Origin: Epithemia pelagica
Lineage: Eukaryota; Protista; Bacillariophyta
Reading direction: 5' to 3'
Length of the DNA: 64,000 nt
NCBI GenBank assembly: GCA_946965045.2
Contig: OX337238.1
Location: forward strand, 2,294,001 to 2,358,000
Below, one piece after another: positions 50,963 through 61,424 of the stretch (position 1 is its first letter; every line of letters starts with the position of its first letter). The translations under genes were made by a program, and so were the position numbers. Under the pieces are notes generated by a model. It was not told the origin of the DNA and made no database searches. It saw nothing but the letters and a program-made list of their open reading frames with translations.

Positions 50963-51445
50963 ATAAACAAGAAACAAGATCCCACTAACCCAGCAATGAT
51001 TCTTCGCGATTGTCTCCACCGCGGTGTAGATGCGTATGACGGTGTGTTGCCCAAATCAGCCAAACTCTTCAGCGTACTGCAGCGCTCACCAAAAAGACTC
51101 TTACAACGTTTTTGACTTCAGACTATCTGGGGTTTGGGGGGAACGAATGTGGGGGTCGTGCCTAATTTGGACCCTCCAAGAGATAAGCCCTTCAGCGCAC
51201 AAACTTCTCGAACCTTCTCATCCGCGACTGAATATCCTGCTCATTTTTTCTCGAGCAATCTTTGCGCTCACAATCTGGCATTTTCCAAAGATTGAACGAC
51301 AAACGACAGCACGAGCAAATGGCTACGAACGCAACGTTGTTGGCTCTGCCATGTCACAATATCTGGCAGAAAATCACACAACATGTGCAAGACAGCAAAA
51401 GACAACTCAACAAAGCGGACGAAGGGAGTCGTCGTCCTCAGTGAC

Positions 51446-52492
51446 ATGAGTAGTATGGCAGGAGACGGTCCACATGATGCCTTCAAGCCACCACGGCAGA
51501 ATCAGCAACAACAACCACAGATGAGGACAATGACAGTTAGCTCGGACACACAGATGGAGGAGGTTCATGTCGAAAGTGAGCAAGAAACGGTGGATATGGA
51601 AGAAGGAGGAGACCACACGTGCAATAGTGTACCTCAAGAAGCGCCAACAACAAGGCGGCAAGATCGTCTGGAACGTAACGAAATTCTCAACCCTCAGATT
51701 GGTCCCTACGACGTTTTGTGCGGTCGAGACCAGTTGGCCTTTAACAACATTGGAAATCGCCGCATGAGAGTCTTTGTGGAACTGTACTTGCAGCAATATC
51801 TCGAAGCATCGAGTCGAGGTCAAAAGAGCAAAATCATCAAACGAGTGGTCGACACGGTCCGACAAAGTGGAGGTCGTTTTCTCAAATGGGTCCAAGCCGA
51901 CCAACGATGTGAAGAAATCAAGAGTCGAAAAGCTCACGAAAAGTGTAGCCATGCATTCCGTGATATGGTAATCGCTCGCGGGTACTCGGCCTCGTCTGCC
52001 TCGTCGTCGTCCTCCTCGGCGGCGACGAGCCTCCAAAACTCCATGTCACCAAACAAAACAGCAAGCCACAGAAAGCAATTTCGTTCCTTCTCCTTTCCCA
52101 CAAAACTTCCGGGAAGACGGATTTCCACTCCACGAGAACGAGCCAACTCGGACTCTGCAGGAAAACTATCACCACACTTGTGGTCGGGGGACAAGTCTCC
52201 CTTTGTATTTTCCTCGACCACCCAAAGTGAACCGCAGGATGATGACAAGGCACCACCACATACCAAGAGGCATGATGCAATGGATCCAAAAGAAGACTCC
52301 ATGTTTGAGTTTGCTACGACAGGGGATGTCAGAGCACAAGCTCGAGAGCGGGGGAATTTACATCCGTCTGTGACCTCCATCGAAGGGTTGATAGATGCAA
52401 ATGATGAGCGAGGGGACGCACCACAGGTTTTTGACAATGAGGATGACCAACAATTGTTTTTAAATTTGATCACAGACAACAATCTTGTCTAA
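51446..52492 (+). CDS. DUF6824-like domain protein (diatom-expanded family)
   Basis: YDVLCGR...NNIGNRR...Y..A.SR..KSKII..VV...GGRFLK...AHEKCSHAFRD signature. Confidence 0.8.
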   Translation: MSSMAGDGPHDAFKPPRQNQQQQPQMRTMTVSSDTQMEEVHVESEQETVDMEEGGDHTCNSVPQEAPTTRRQDRLERNEILNPQIGPYDVLCGRDQLAFNNIGNRRMRVFVELYLQQYLEASSRGQKSKIIKRVVDTVRQSGGRFLKWVQADQRCEEIKSRKAHEKCSHAFRDMVIARGYSASSASSSSSSAATSLQNSMSPNKTASHRKQFRSFSFPTKLPGRRISTPRERANSDSAGKLSPHLWSGDKSPFVFSSTTQSEPQDDDKAPPHTKRHDAMDPKEDSMFEFATTGDVRAQARERGNLHPSVTSIEGLIDANDERGDAPQVFDNEDDQQLFLNLITDNNLV

Positions 52493-52606
52493 GGCTAGAT
52501 AGAAGCAACTTTTCCAATTTGAGTATGAGTAGGGGAATGAAAAAGGATCGACCTAAACGAACACCTGCCGAGCTCTTTGTACTTTAAAGTATCGATGTGG
52601 GGTTCG

Positions 52607-52936
52607 TTAGTGGATAACACTTGAGGTACCTTGTCCTAGGGCTTGTTCGACCCATACGACTCCTCCCGAGGCTTCGGGAAAGGCACAGGCCAACTCGGTG
52701 GTGACCAGCACTTCTTGGAGAGACCAGATAAGGGGAAAGATCAAAAAGCCCACCAGGGTATAAAAATTGCCTTTCGATCGTACAGCTTCCTCGACGCCAA
52801 AGGCACCACCCGAGACACTGTAAAAGATCAACACTGCAAAGGGTACAACCCCCAGTTTGTTCTGATTGTTGTTGTTCTGGTTGCCATTGTTTTGGTCGAG
52901 AGGAAGATCAAATTCATCCACTGGTTCCACATCCAT
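52607..52936 (-). pseudogene. 5' fragment of an APC-family (polyamine/amino-acid, PUT/RMV1-like) transporter
   Basis: KLGVVPFAVLIFYSVSGGAFGVEEAV...FPLIWS...TTELACAFPEASGGVVWVEQALG. No continuation fits before the convergent gene that ends at 52492. Confidence 0.7.
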
Positions 52937-53137
52937 GGAAGTTCTTGTGGCTGCCGTTCCAACAAGCCAACCTTGGTGTTAACTTTTGTCTTACATATAT
53001 TCGTAGCTAGAACATCATTTAAACTACAGACTCATTCATAGGAGTAGATATACAAGTCCCTCAAATACAAAGTCAAAAACATTTCCGTGCGATTCGATGA
53101 TCCATGCAAAAATACTGATGATTTGGATGCGAATCGT

Positions 53138-54529
53138 TTAGCTGCTGGTGTTGTTCTGCTCCCTAGGTCCCGGTGTTGGCGGGAACCGAAATGTAATGGT
53201 AGGTCGCTCCTCATCAGTCTCGTTCCGCGTCTCCTCCTCCACTATCCTTGCTCGTCCCCGTCTTGTTCTGCCCGAGGAGGGGATGCGTCGTTGACCTTCT
53301 CGGGGAATACGTATTCTTTGATGCCGACCAGGAAGGACCCGTGCTGTGAATGCTTCCATGGCTCGTATGCTCTCATCACTGACATCCAACCGCGGTGGTT
53401 GCCCTGCAGATGATTCACCATCAGCTCCGTTGGATGCATTGTCGCGTGCAGACTGATACATCATTCGATAGACACGACCCATTTCTCGAATTGACTCCAA
53501 AACTGAACTGGGATCCGATGACCCAAATGGAGCTACATGCCCTTCCGCCGGTGTACCCGATTCTTCGTCAAAATGTAGAAAGAATCTCCGACACACTGGA
53601 CACTCTTCCTTTTTCTCCAACCACTGAGCTATGCATTCTCGGTGAAACACATGGCTACATTGTTTATTGTTGGACCACGAGATAACATCATCGTGGTCGT
53701 ATTTGGCGAGGCAGATTGCACAAATGTCGCGTGAGTCCTCATCCTCCAGTTCGTCGATGTCCCCTATCTCATCCTCGTCCCCATGAGATTCTGTCCGTGA
53801 GCTGTCCCCTGCTTCAAGATCTGTAGTTGAAGCGGTTTCCGAGAAAATTTCTCTACTAGAAGTTGCATCATCATCATCGACCTGTACTCCTCGTTCGGAC
53901 TGGTACTCGGAGAATTTCTGTTTCGTACAATCGTCCAAATTGAGAGAAATCACAACAGTCATCCACTACCAGCAACAAAAATCGTACCTTTTTCATCAAC
54001 ACATTCTCCAAATACTCTTTCCGTCGCTCAGTCTGTTCTCGTGGGTGTCCTCCTGGTCGGAGGAGTGTCCTTACAAACTCAACCTCTAAAACGCCACAGA
54101 CACAACTGTGAGTGTTCCCTCCATCCAAAATTCCATCCAGACACGGCACAGATACGTACCTGTTGCATACAACATTCGTTCCAAGGCAAGCTCAAACGCT
54201 TGTTGTCGTGCATCGATTCGTGTACGAGGCCTCCTCGTTCGATTGTGGTTGCGACAATTTCGACAGCAGTTTCGACATTTTCGTATTATGGCAGGAACGC
54301 TATATTCCACACCAACAATCCAATAGATAGATGGATGCAGTTGTGATGAGAACAAGAACACAACTACTAGCAAAAACTCGTCCGGCCTCACGACTTACAC
54401 CCAAAGTAACGCCACCAACATAATGGCGGAAAAGACAAAGAGTGCCGACCAATCTTGGGGATCGCTGTTGCCTTGAGAGTCATGATCCTCGGCAGATGAC
54501 GGGTCGAATTGGAGATGTCGTCGCTTCAT
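53138..54529 (-). CDS. Membrane-anchored RING-H2 E3 ubiquitin ligase (ATL-like), about 4 exons, start uncertain
   Basis: CAICLAKY...CSHVFHRECIAQWL...CPVCR. An upstream TM helix (WSALFVFSAIMLVALLWV) is joined through GTAAGT, GTACGT and GTACGA donors in compatible phases. Confidence 0.78.
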
Positions 54530-55199
54530 GAGTGCGGATCGTGTTGTTGTGATCGTAGTAGTCGTCGTATATTTGGAACACACTTCTTCTTCTTCGTTTG
54601 GCTTGGTCGACTCCCCTCGTACATGAATGCTTCTACAGGTTGCTGCAACTGATGGTTCCGAGGTTCCGTTCGTCTCCACCAACCCGCATACATGGACAAG
54701 CTCTGGAGACTGGAGAAGCTGGAATGTCCTTTTATGGGTTCGTCTCTGAAAGATTTCTCCAAAAGAATCGATTGTGATTGACACTCTGGGCACAACAACC
54801 AACAACTCTTTTACACACATGGAAGATGAAAACGAGAGAAACGAGTCAAAGTCATTGCACGCGCGATGGAAGCAGCCTCAAGGGAAGTATTTTAGTATAG
54901 CCCTCGATAATCCATTGCCAAAACGAAATCTGTTCAGCGACGCGCCTGCCGACAGGCAATAATCTTTGAAATGCGTCCGGTAAAGCAGAGGGGATGTCCG
55001 AATCACGTCCCATGTGCAACCGGCATAGTAAATTCTTCGATCCAGCACGTGCGTCAAGATTAAATACAATAGCCCGCGATCTGATAAGTGTCAAAACAAA
55101 CAAGCCCAACGTCTCCATCAAACCTCACTCTATCTCAATCTCTAATAATGAAACTATGGATAAAATTGAGAGGCATCTTCGGCTAGCTACGAGTCCTTA

Positions 55200-55214
55200 G
55201 GCTATCTCCACCCG
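55200..55214 (+). repeat. Left terminal inverted repeat of the Harbinger element
   Basis: GGCTATCTCCACCCG, preceded by TTA. Confidence 0.95.
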
Positions 55215-55447
55215 AGCGCCGCTATGCTGACGTATTCGAGCTTTCTGATTGGCCTCGCTATCCGGATAGCGGGTTAGCGGAGCCAAGAGGAAATGAACTC
55301 CACGATCTCCGTTATACAATAGTGCCGCTATTGATAAGGCATTTGCAAATTCACATATGCCCTATCTTGTTTCGGTTAAAGAATGAGAGGGGAGAGGAGT
55401 CATCAAACAATAGTCAGCAAGAACAGACCAAAGTTTGCTCAAAAAAG

Positions 55448-56782
55448 ATGGAGGACTCGTTGGATGAACTGTTGGAGCTGCTCCAACAGGAGGCAGATGT
55501 TGACATTGGTGTAGCTTCTACAGTTGCATCTGATCTCCTGGAACAACATACTAGCACCCAACATGGTGGTTCGCCTAAAGGAAAGGCACCAAACAAGAGT
55601 CGTGACTTTGACGAAGCGTACAAGCGATTGGTGCGCAATTACTTTGATGGAGAAAACTCCATCTACGACGAGGCAGACTTTGAGCGTCGGTTCCGATTAC
55701 CCCGCGCAGTTTTCAATCAGATATACAACCAACTTTATGGTAGTGGTTGCTTCACGCAACATTACATGCTTGATGGACGTCCTGGGATCAACCCACTTGT
55801 GCGTCTTGTGGCTTGCTTTCGGAAGATTGCTTATGGGGATGCTGATGACAGGGAAGATGAAAATCTTTGCTTGTCTGAGTCGGTCTTACATGAATCCTTT
55901 GAGCAATTCTTATCCCTTATCAAACAACATTTTGCCAAAGACTATTTAAATCGCCAACCTTCGTCTTCGGAAAAGGAGCACGCGTTGAAGAAAAATGCTG
56001 CTCGTAACTTCCCAGGTTGCTTTGCGTCATGGGATTGCAAGCATTTCAATTGGGAAAACTGTCCTAAAGCTTGGGAAGGGCAATTCCGTGGAAAGGAGGG
56101 TGTCACCACTCTTGTATTGGAAGCAATTTGTGATCCTGACTTGTACATTTGGTTTTTCTTTTTTGGGCAACCAGGGACTTTGAACGACATAAACATTTTG
56201 GATAAGAGTTCCATAGTTGGCGCAATGGTGAATGGCTCCTTTGATTTTTCATGTCCCGCTCCATACAAGATAGGACCAAATTGGAGAGACTACATGTACT
56301 TCTTGGTGGATGGTATCTATCCAGACTGGTCCATTTTCATTGATTCCTGTCAGGGCTCTGATGAAGAAAAGCTCAAGTATTTTTCATCATGTCAAGAAGC
56401 CGTCCGTAAAGACATTGAACGCTGTTTTGGTGTTCTGGTTAAGAGGTTCCATATTCTCAAGCGACCTCTGCGGTTCTGGACCCGATCAAAAATTGGAGAT
56501 GTGTTCGATTGTTGTATTATCCTACACAACATGTGTGTCGAGCATGGACGTGGCACGGATCCGATGGATGTCGATAGCGAAAACATGGCGTTCAATGCCG
56601 AGACAGATGAAGTCGTGTCGTTGTTTGGTGCACCAGCCGAGGAAGTTGGTGCTGTCGGAGGAAGTGGAATTCAAGCCATTCTCCAGCATGCTCATTTGCA
56701 GGAGAATATCCAGGACTCGCAACAAAAAATATCCCTAAAAGGCGACCTGATTGAACATGCATGGTCTAAACGTAACGGGTAG
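55448..56782 (+). CDS. PIF/Harbinger DDE transposase
   Basis: FERRFRLPRAVF, catalytic ASWDCKHF, FLVDGIYP and KDIERCFG; uninterrupted ORF. Confidence 0.93.
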   Translation: MEDSLDELLELLQQEADVDIGVASTVASDLLEQHTSTQHGGSPKGKAPNKSRDFDEAYKRLVRNYFDGENSIYDEADFERRFRLPRAVFNQIYNQLYGSGCFTQHYMLDGRPGINPLVRLVACFRKIAYGDADDREDENLCLSESVLHESFEQFLSLIKQHFAKDYLNRQPSSSEKEHALKKNAARNFPGCFASWDCKHFNWENCPKAWEGQFRGKEGVTTLVLEAICDPDLYIWFFFFGQPGTLNDINILDKSSIVGAMVNGSFDFSCPAPYKIGPNWRDYMYFLVDGIYPDWSIFIDSCQGSDEEKLKYFSSCQEAVRKDIERCFGVLVKRFHILKRPLRFWTRSKIGDVFDCCIILHNMCVEHGRGTDPMDVDSENMAFNAETDEVVSLFGAPAEEVGAVGGSGIQAILQHAHLQENIQDSQQKISLKGDLIEHAWSKRNG

Positions 56783-56790
56783 GTTAATCA

Positions 56791-57750
56791 CTAAATACTA
56801 GTTGCAAGCTGGTTGAGTGCAACCGCCACTTCAGATTCATCGCCGTCCATAATTTCTGTAGAGTTAGTGCTTTCTCCTGGGTCATTTTCCTTGTCACCTT
56901 CGTTTGTACCAGGTTCATTTTCTTTTTCACCTTCACCAGCGCTAGACAGGTTTTGTCCATATTTGCGCAAGGTTTCTTCAAGAAGCTGTTGCTTGAGTTG
57001 GTAAACTTGGTCCTTGTGAGTCTCACCACACAATGAGATAACGCTCTTCAGCTGTGCCAGACGCCCAATGCTCTCTAACTGTTTATTACGGTGCTCGATA
57101 GCAAGGCGGAGTCTCTTTGCTTCTTCAAGCCGTTCTCGTGTCTCATCAGTCTTTTTGTTCTTGAGCATTTTTGATTTTGCCATGTCTCGACCACCAGGAC
57201 GACTCTTGCTGTTGGGCTTAGGAGTAGATGCCACTTGTTCCGCGTCTGCTGAGGAATCAAAAAAGGAGTCCGTCACGTCGTCATCCTCTCCAGAGTTGGA
57301 CGAAGAGGACTCGGCAACAGCAAATTTAGGGATATCTTTTAATTCGATCCATGCCAGATAGTTGGGCCACTGGCATGCATCAAAGCTCTTGAAAAGGTAG
57401 GAAGGAAGCGAACTTTTTTTGAGGTGAATCGCCACTGCCATGTTTATTTTCTGTTGCTTGTCCACACCACTTAGATTTGCTCCTTCGACCAACCGCAACA
57501 CACTGTTGAACTTCTGGATGTCTGCGAAAACTCTATCACGCAAATGTCCAAAAATGGACGCGGTGGAGCGATAGTGGTAGCATTGTTTGTCGCAACCATG
57601 TGGGGCAAGTGCTGCAATGTTTACTTTTACCTTTTCACGGAATATATCAGCTTTCTGGTCAGCACCAGAAATAGGGTCGGCAGAGGCCCTCTTCCACGCA
57701 AGTGCAGCAATGCGCTTTTCTTCAGGTGACCACACAGACCCACGACCCAT
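56791..57750 (-). CDS. Harbinger accessory ORF (Myb/SANT-like DNA-binding N-terminus, NAM-associated-like C-terminus)
   Basis: MGRGSVWSPEEKRIAALAWKRASADPISGADQKADIF resembles the Harbinger/PIF ORF1 N-terminus. RPGGRDMAK motif and coiled-coil tail. Lies inside the TIRs. Confidence 0.82.
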   Translation of the reverse strand: MGRGSVWSPEEKRIAALAWKRASADPISGADQKADIFREKVKVNIAALAPHGCDKQCYHYRSTASIFGHLRDRVFADIQKFNSVLRLVEGANLSGVDKQQKINMAVAIHLKKSSLPSYLFKSFDACQWPNYLAWIELKDIPKFAVAESSSSNSGEDDDVTDSFFDSSADAEQVASTPKPNSKSRPGGRDMAKSKMLKNKKTDETRERLEEAKRLRLAIEHRNKQLESIGRLAQLKSVISLCGETHKDQVYQLKQQLLEETLRKYGQNLSSAGEGEKENEPGTNEGDKENDPGESTNSTEIMDGDESEVAVALNQLATSI

Positions 57751-58013
57751 GTTTTCTGTTTGATTGTTTTATGAAGGAGGCATAGAAAACACAACCATGA
57801 AACCCAAGAGATGGCATGCGATCGCTACCATGCCATCTCTTCGGCGGGAGAGATTCAAAAACACAACAGAATACACAAACCCACGACCGATGTTTTCTGT
57901 TTGATTGTTTTATGAAGGAGGCATAAAAAACACCAGCATGAAACCCAAGAGATGCCATGCGATCGCTACCATGCCACCTCTTCGGCGGGAGAGATTCAAA
58001 AACACTACAGAAC
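57739..58013. repeat. 141-bp tandem duplication inside the transposon, spanning the accessory ORF start
   Basis: CCCACGACC(C/G)ATGTTTTCTGTTTGATTG... begins at 57739 and again at 57880. Confidence 0.92.
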
Positions 58014-58195
58014 CAAATGAAGGGGACGCTGTTGGCATCATGCGTTGATTTATTTATGCCTACGGTTACCGCTATCCGCTATTTTTCCTGCTATTGGGGG
58101 CCCCAAATAGCGGCAAAAATAGCGGATAGGGGAGCTGTTTAGCGGTTAGAGGACGTGGTGGAGTTCAATAGCGGTATTTGGACCATTAGCGGCCC

Positions 58196-58210
58196 CGGGT
58201 GGAGATAGCC
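58196..58210 (-). repeat. Right terminal inverted repeat of the Harbinger element
   Basis: CGGGTGGAGATAGCC, followed by TTA. Confidence 0.95.
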
Positions 58211-58296
58211 TTAGTGTTGTTTTTCAGTCTACCGATGACGTGTTGTCTTCATTTTGCATTTTGCATTTTGCATATTAGGAGTACTTGCGAGTGACC

Positions 58297-59472
58297 ATGA
58301 CGAAGAAGCACGTAATTGTCGGTGGTTTGGGCAATTTGGGTCGTCATTTGCAACGCACATTGCTCGAACAAGGCAAGTCGGTGACAGTCATTGACCGACC
58401 TCTTCAGCAAGAACCGCCGTTGGAACATTCGTCCGTCACCTATGTCCCGTTTGTCTTGGGCGAAGGCGACGTTCGGAATTTGCAAAGCAAGGCGGAAGCC
58501 CTCCAATCGGCCTTGCAGGGTGCCGATACAGTCTATTCGATCGTAACACCGGATGTCGCACGAGGGACACGGTCCGAATTTCAACGAGTCAATCGATGGG
58601 GCGTTCAGGAACTCATTCATGCCTGTCATGTGGCGCAGGTACCGAAATTGGTCTATGGATCCAGCATTGCCGTCATGAATCATTTTGAACCACACCACAA
58701 TGCCAATGAAACACACCCCTTGCCTGCCATGGATTCGTATGTGTCCTACTATGATCTCACGAAACGATTGGGTGAAGATGCCGTCCTGAAAGCCCACAAT
58801 ACGACATCTTCTCGACCGTCGGCATCGACACCCGTCTTGTTGAAAACGTGTGCCTTGCGTTTTGGAGGCATTTTAGCAGGACCACGGGACTATTATTTTC
58901 GTGACATGTTCCCCTCCTATCGCAAATCAGGTGTCGTTCATACCAATGCCATTTATCCATCCCTGGATGTCATTTCGGCGGTCGATTGTAGTCGGGCGTT
59001 GGCGGCAGCCTCGGAACAATTGGAAGAAGAAGAGGCCATGGACCCGTATGAATCGACCCTGTTATTGTCTGGAAAGGCTGTGTTTTGCACCAAGGACAAG
59101 TCGCAAATTGCTCCCACAACCACACAAGTGATGGAATATGCGGTGGAACGGATCAATACCATCAACAACAACAGCAACGACAGCACCTGCAAGGTCCAGT
59201 ACATTCCGCCGGCCGTATACCAACTTATTCGGGGTGGGTTTTGGGCCTATCATTATGGTGTACAGCAATGGACGACCAAGGCGGACGACTTGCCGGGCAT
59301 TCCCATGTACCGGTATATGCAAATCCCCTTGGTCGAACAAACCTTTGACAATGCTCTGGCCCTTGAAGCATTGAAAGGATGGACTCCTCAGCTCTCCTGG
59401 CAAGATGCCATTGATCAAATTGTACAAGAAGAGCAAGAGCAATACCAGGCGTCCATCAAAGTGCAAGTATAG
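58297..59472 (+). CDS. Extended SDR, 3-beta-hydroxysteroid dehydrogenase / NAD-dependent epimerase family
   Basis: VIVGGLGNLG Rossmann motif, LVYGSS, YDLTK (YxxxK), TCALRFGGILAG. Confidence 0.87.
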   Translation: MTKKHVIVGGLGNLGRHLQRTLLEQGKSVTVIDRPLQQEPPLEHSSVTYVPFVLGEGDVRNLQSKAEALQSALQGADTVYSIVTPDVARGTRSEFQRVNRWGVQELIHACHVAQVPKLVYGSSIAVMNHFEPHHNANETHPLPAMDSYVSYYDLTKRLGEDAVLKAHNTTSSRPSASTPVLLKTCALRFGGILAGPRDYYFRDMFPSYRKSGVVHTNAIYPSLDVISAVDCSRALAAASEQLEEEEAMDPYESTLLLSGKAVFCTKDKSQIAPTTTQVMEYAVERINTINNNSNDSTCKVQYIPPAVYQLIRGGFWAYHYGVQQWTTKADDLPGIPMYRYMQIPLVEQTFDNALALEALKGWTPQLSWQDAIDQIVQEEQEQYQASIKVQV

Positions 59473-59963
59473 ATATACAAGGTTACATATTAAAGACACT
59501 ACGAAAGGATGCCGAGAAATGCACCTTGTCCAATAAATAGCTAGACTTGCGAACGCAAGATGGTGTACTAAAGGCGAAAGAGTGTTACCTTTATGAAGAG
59601 GCACAAAGATCGAGAAAGGAACTATACTCTGGTGGCAAGGTAGGGGCCAAGCCGAACTGGAGCTACTCCTACCTCCTACTCCTAGCTAGAGACGAGTACT
59701 ACGGTAGGTAGCTGTGTGGTGGGATGTGGGATGACCGACGATGGAGATTGTCAGTAACGATGTCGGTGAAAGATGGCATTTTTATTTGCTGACAAATTGA
59801 CGCGATCTTTCTCCCAAAGATTTCGCATCTGCAGCTTTCATTTTTTCGACTTTTTCTCTTTTTTCAACTCTTCGGTTTGCCGCTGTGAGTTCTGCTACAG
59901 GCCGTTCGTCTTCGGCTTCTTGTTCGAATCAATCACTCGTATTGCTCATTACACTCCCTGAAC

Positions 59964-60644
59964 ATGAGGTTTCTTCCGTGTTGTCGAACTTATTTATTGT
60001 TGGTTCTGTTGACAATCTGCTTCTTATTGCCTGGCCATTTTGTGGAGGGCACCTGCATTGTGATGCGATACGGTCGACGTGTGTCATTGCAGAAACCACC
60101 GCACGGTGTCAAATACGTTGGAATCACGGGTACACTCAATTGCCTGACACCCAAATCCTGTGAAGGATGGACCATTTCGGGATGTGCCAACGTGTATTGC
60201 AAGGGTGCCGAATCCTGTCAAAATACCAAATTCAAATTCAATCTTCAAGTCTTTTGCTGGGCCAACAATTCCTGCAAGGGAGCCGACTTTAAACAATCCC
60301 ATGCGGTCGAATGTGGATCTGGCAATAACGAAAAGGATGCGTGTCTCAATTCGGTCGTCCGCGTTGATTCCGGTCTCTTGTGTTTTGGAGCTGGATCGTG
60401 TGCCATTACTTCCGGCACCATGAATGTACATCTCATTGGTTGGGGCGATGAACGAGTCCGGTGTGACAGTGGCAAAAGTAGTGGAGGAAGGAAAGCTTGT
60501 GAGAACATGTTTGTGCACGTCAATGATAAGAGTCGAGCCTGTTTTAATCACAATGGCAATCCCAGTGATGAATCTCCCTGTGCTGTGGTGTGTGCCACTC
60601 CCGACTCGTGTGATGAGGAAACCATTGTGTTTGATGTCTCTTGA
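59964..60644 (+). CDS. Secreted cysteine-rich protein (18 Cys), paralog of 27097-27894
   Basis: Signal-peptide-like N-terminus (YLLLVLLTICFLLPG). Shares blocks VFCWA, ADF.QSH, CGSGN, NMFVH and SPCAV.CA with the 27-kb copy. Confidence 0.8.
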   Translation: MRFLPCCRTYLLLVLLTICFLLPGHFVEGTCIVMRYGRRVSLQKPPHGVKYVGITGTLNCLTPKSCEGWTISGCANVYCKGAESCQNTKFKFNLQVFCWANNSCKGADFKQSHAVECGSGNNEKDACLNSVVRVDSGLLCFGAGSCAITSGTMNVHLIGWGDERVRCDSGKSSGGRKACENMFVHVNDKSRACFNHNGNPSDESPCAVVCATPDSCDEETIVFDVS

Positions 60645-61424
60645 ATGGCGCAAAACTGTTCTATACCAGCGTTTGTTCAGGATGAGGATAATGTCTTTAG
60701 GGAGGATTCAACAAAAGAAAGGAACAGACAACTGTGTGACTGAAATGAGCTGCGCTTAAAGATGGATAAACCGTCATTGTCAAAGAAGGGACAAGAGATC
60801 ACAAGACTGTCCAATGGTTATAACACACCAAGGCAAAAGAACAGACGCACCAAAGATCTACCATTGCCAGATCAATGCTCCAGGATGTGACGCGGCTTGG
60901 TCCACCAACTTGTTTTAAAATATGAAGAACGTTTGACTACGCCATTAATACTATAGAAGACAATATAGAGTTACACCTTGTCAAAAAAACCTCTTTGGCA
61001 TGACAGTGGGAGAACAGGACGAATGAAAATGTCGCTACAAAACGGATACAACATGCAACAATGCAGTGCTTCATGGTTACCCTTATTCGGTGTGGATCAT
61101 GTACATTCCATATACAACGAGCCCATGACAGCTGCAACAGAGGAACGACAGTATGAAAATCATGCACGGAAACTTCCATCCCCTGGCGATGATCGAATGG
61201 CCCGAGGATATGAAGTGGTGACCCTTTCTTCCAAGGAATCGTTGTCGACGAGTGACTTGCACAGAATTTCCTCTCGGTGGCAGGATCATCGTAAAACCCA
61301 AAAGTGTGACATTGTGGAGTGGGCGTACAGTTCCAACCGACGTTTCTCGCACGTATAGGGTTTTGTGTCACGCAGCAAAAGGACAGTACACTCATGGTCC
61401 TATACCACAACCAAAATGGCACCA

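Larger units (their letters stand above)
55200..58210 (+). mobile_element. Complete PIF/Harbinger DNA transposon (3,011 bp)
   Basis: 15-bp perfect TIRs GGCTATCTCCACCCG (55200-55214; 58196-58210), TTA TSD at 55197-55199 and 58211-58213, a DDE transposase and a second DNA-binding-type ORF. Confidence 0.95.

Noticed and set aside
60978-61358. 126-aa ORF convergent with the lipase
   Set aside because: No motif support; may be UTR.
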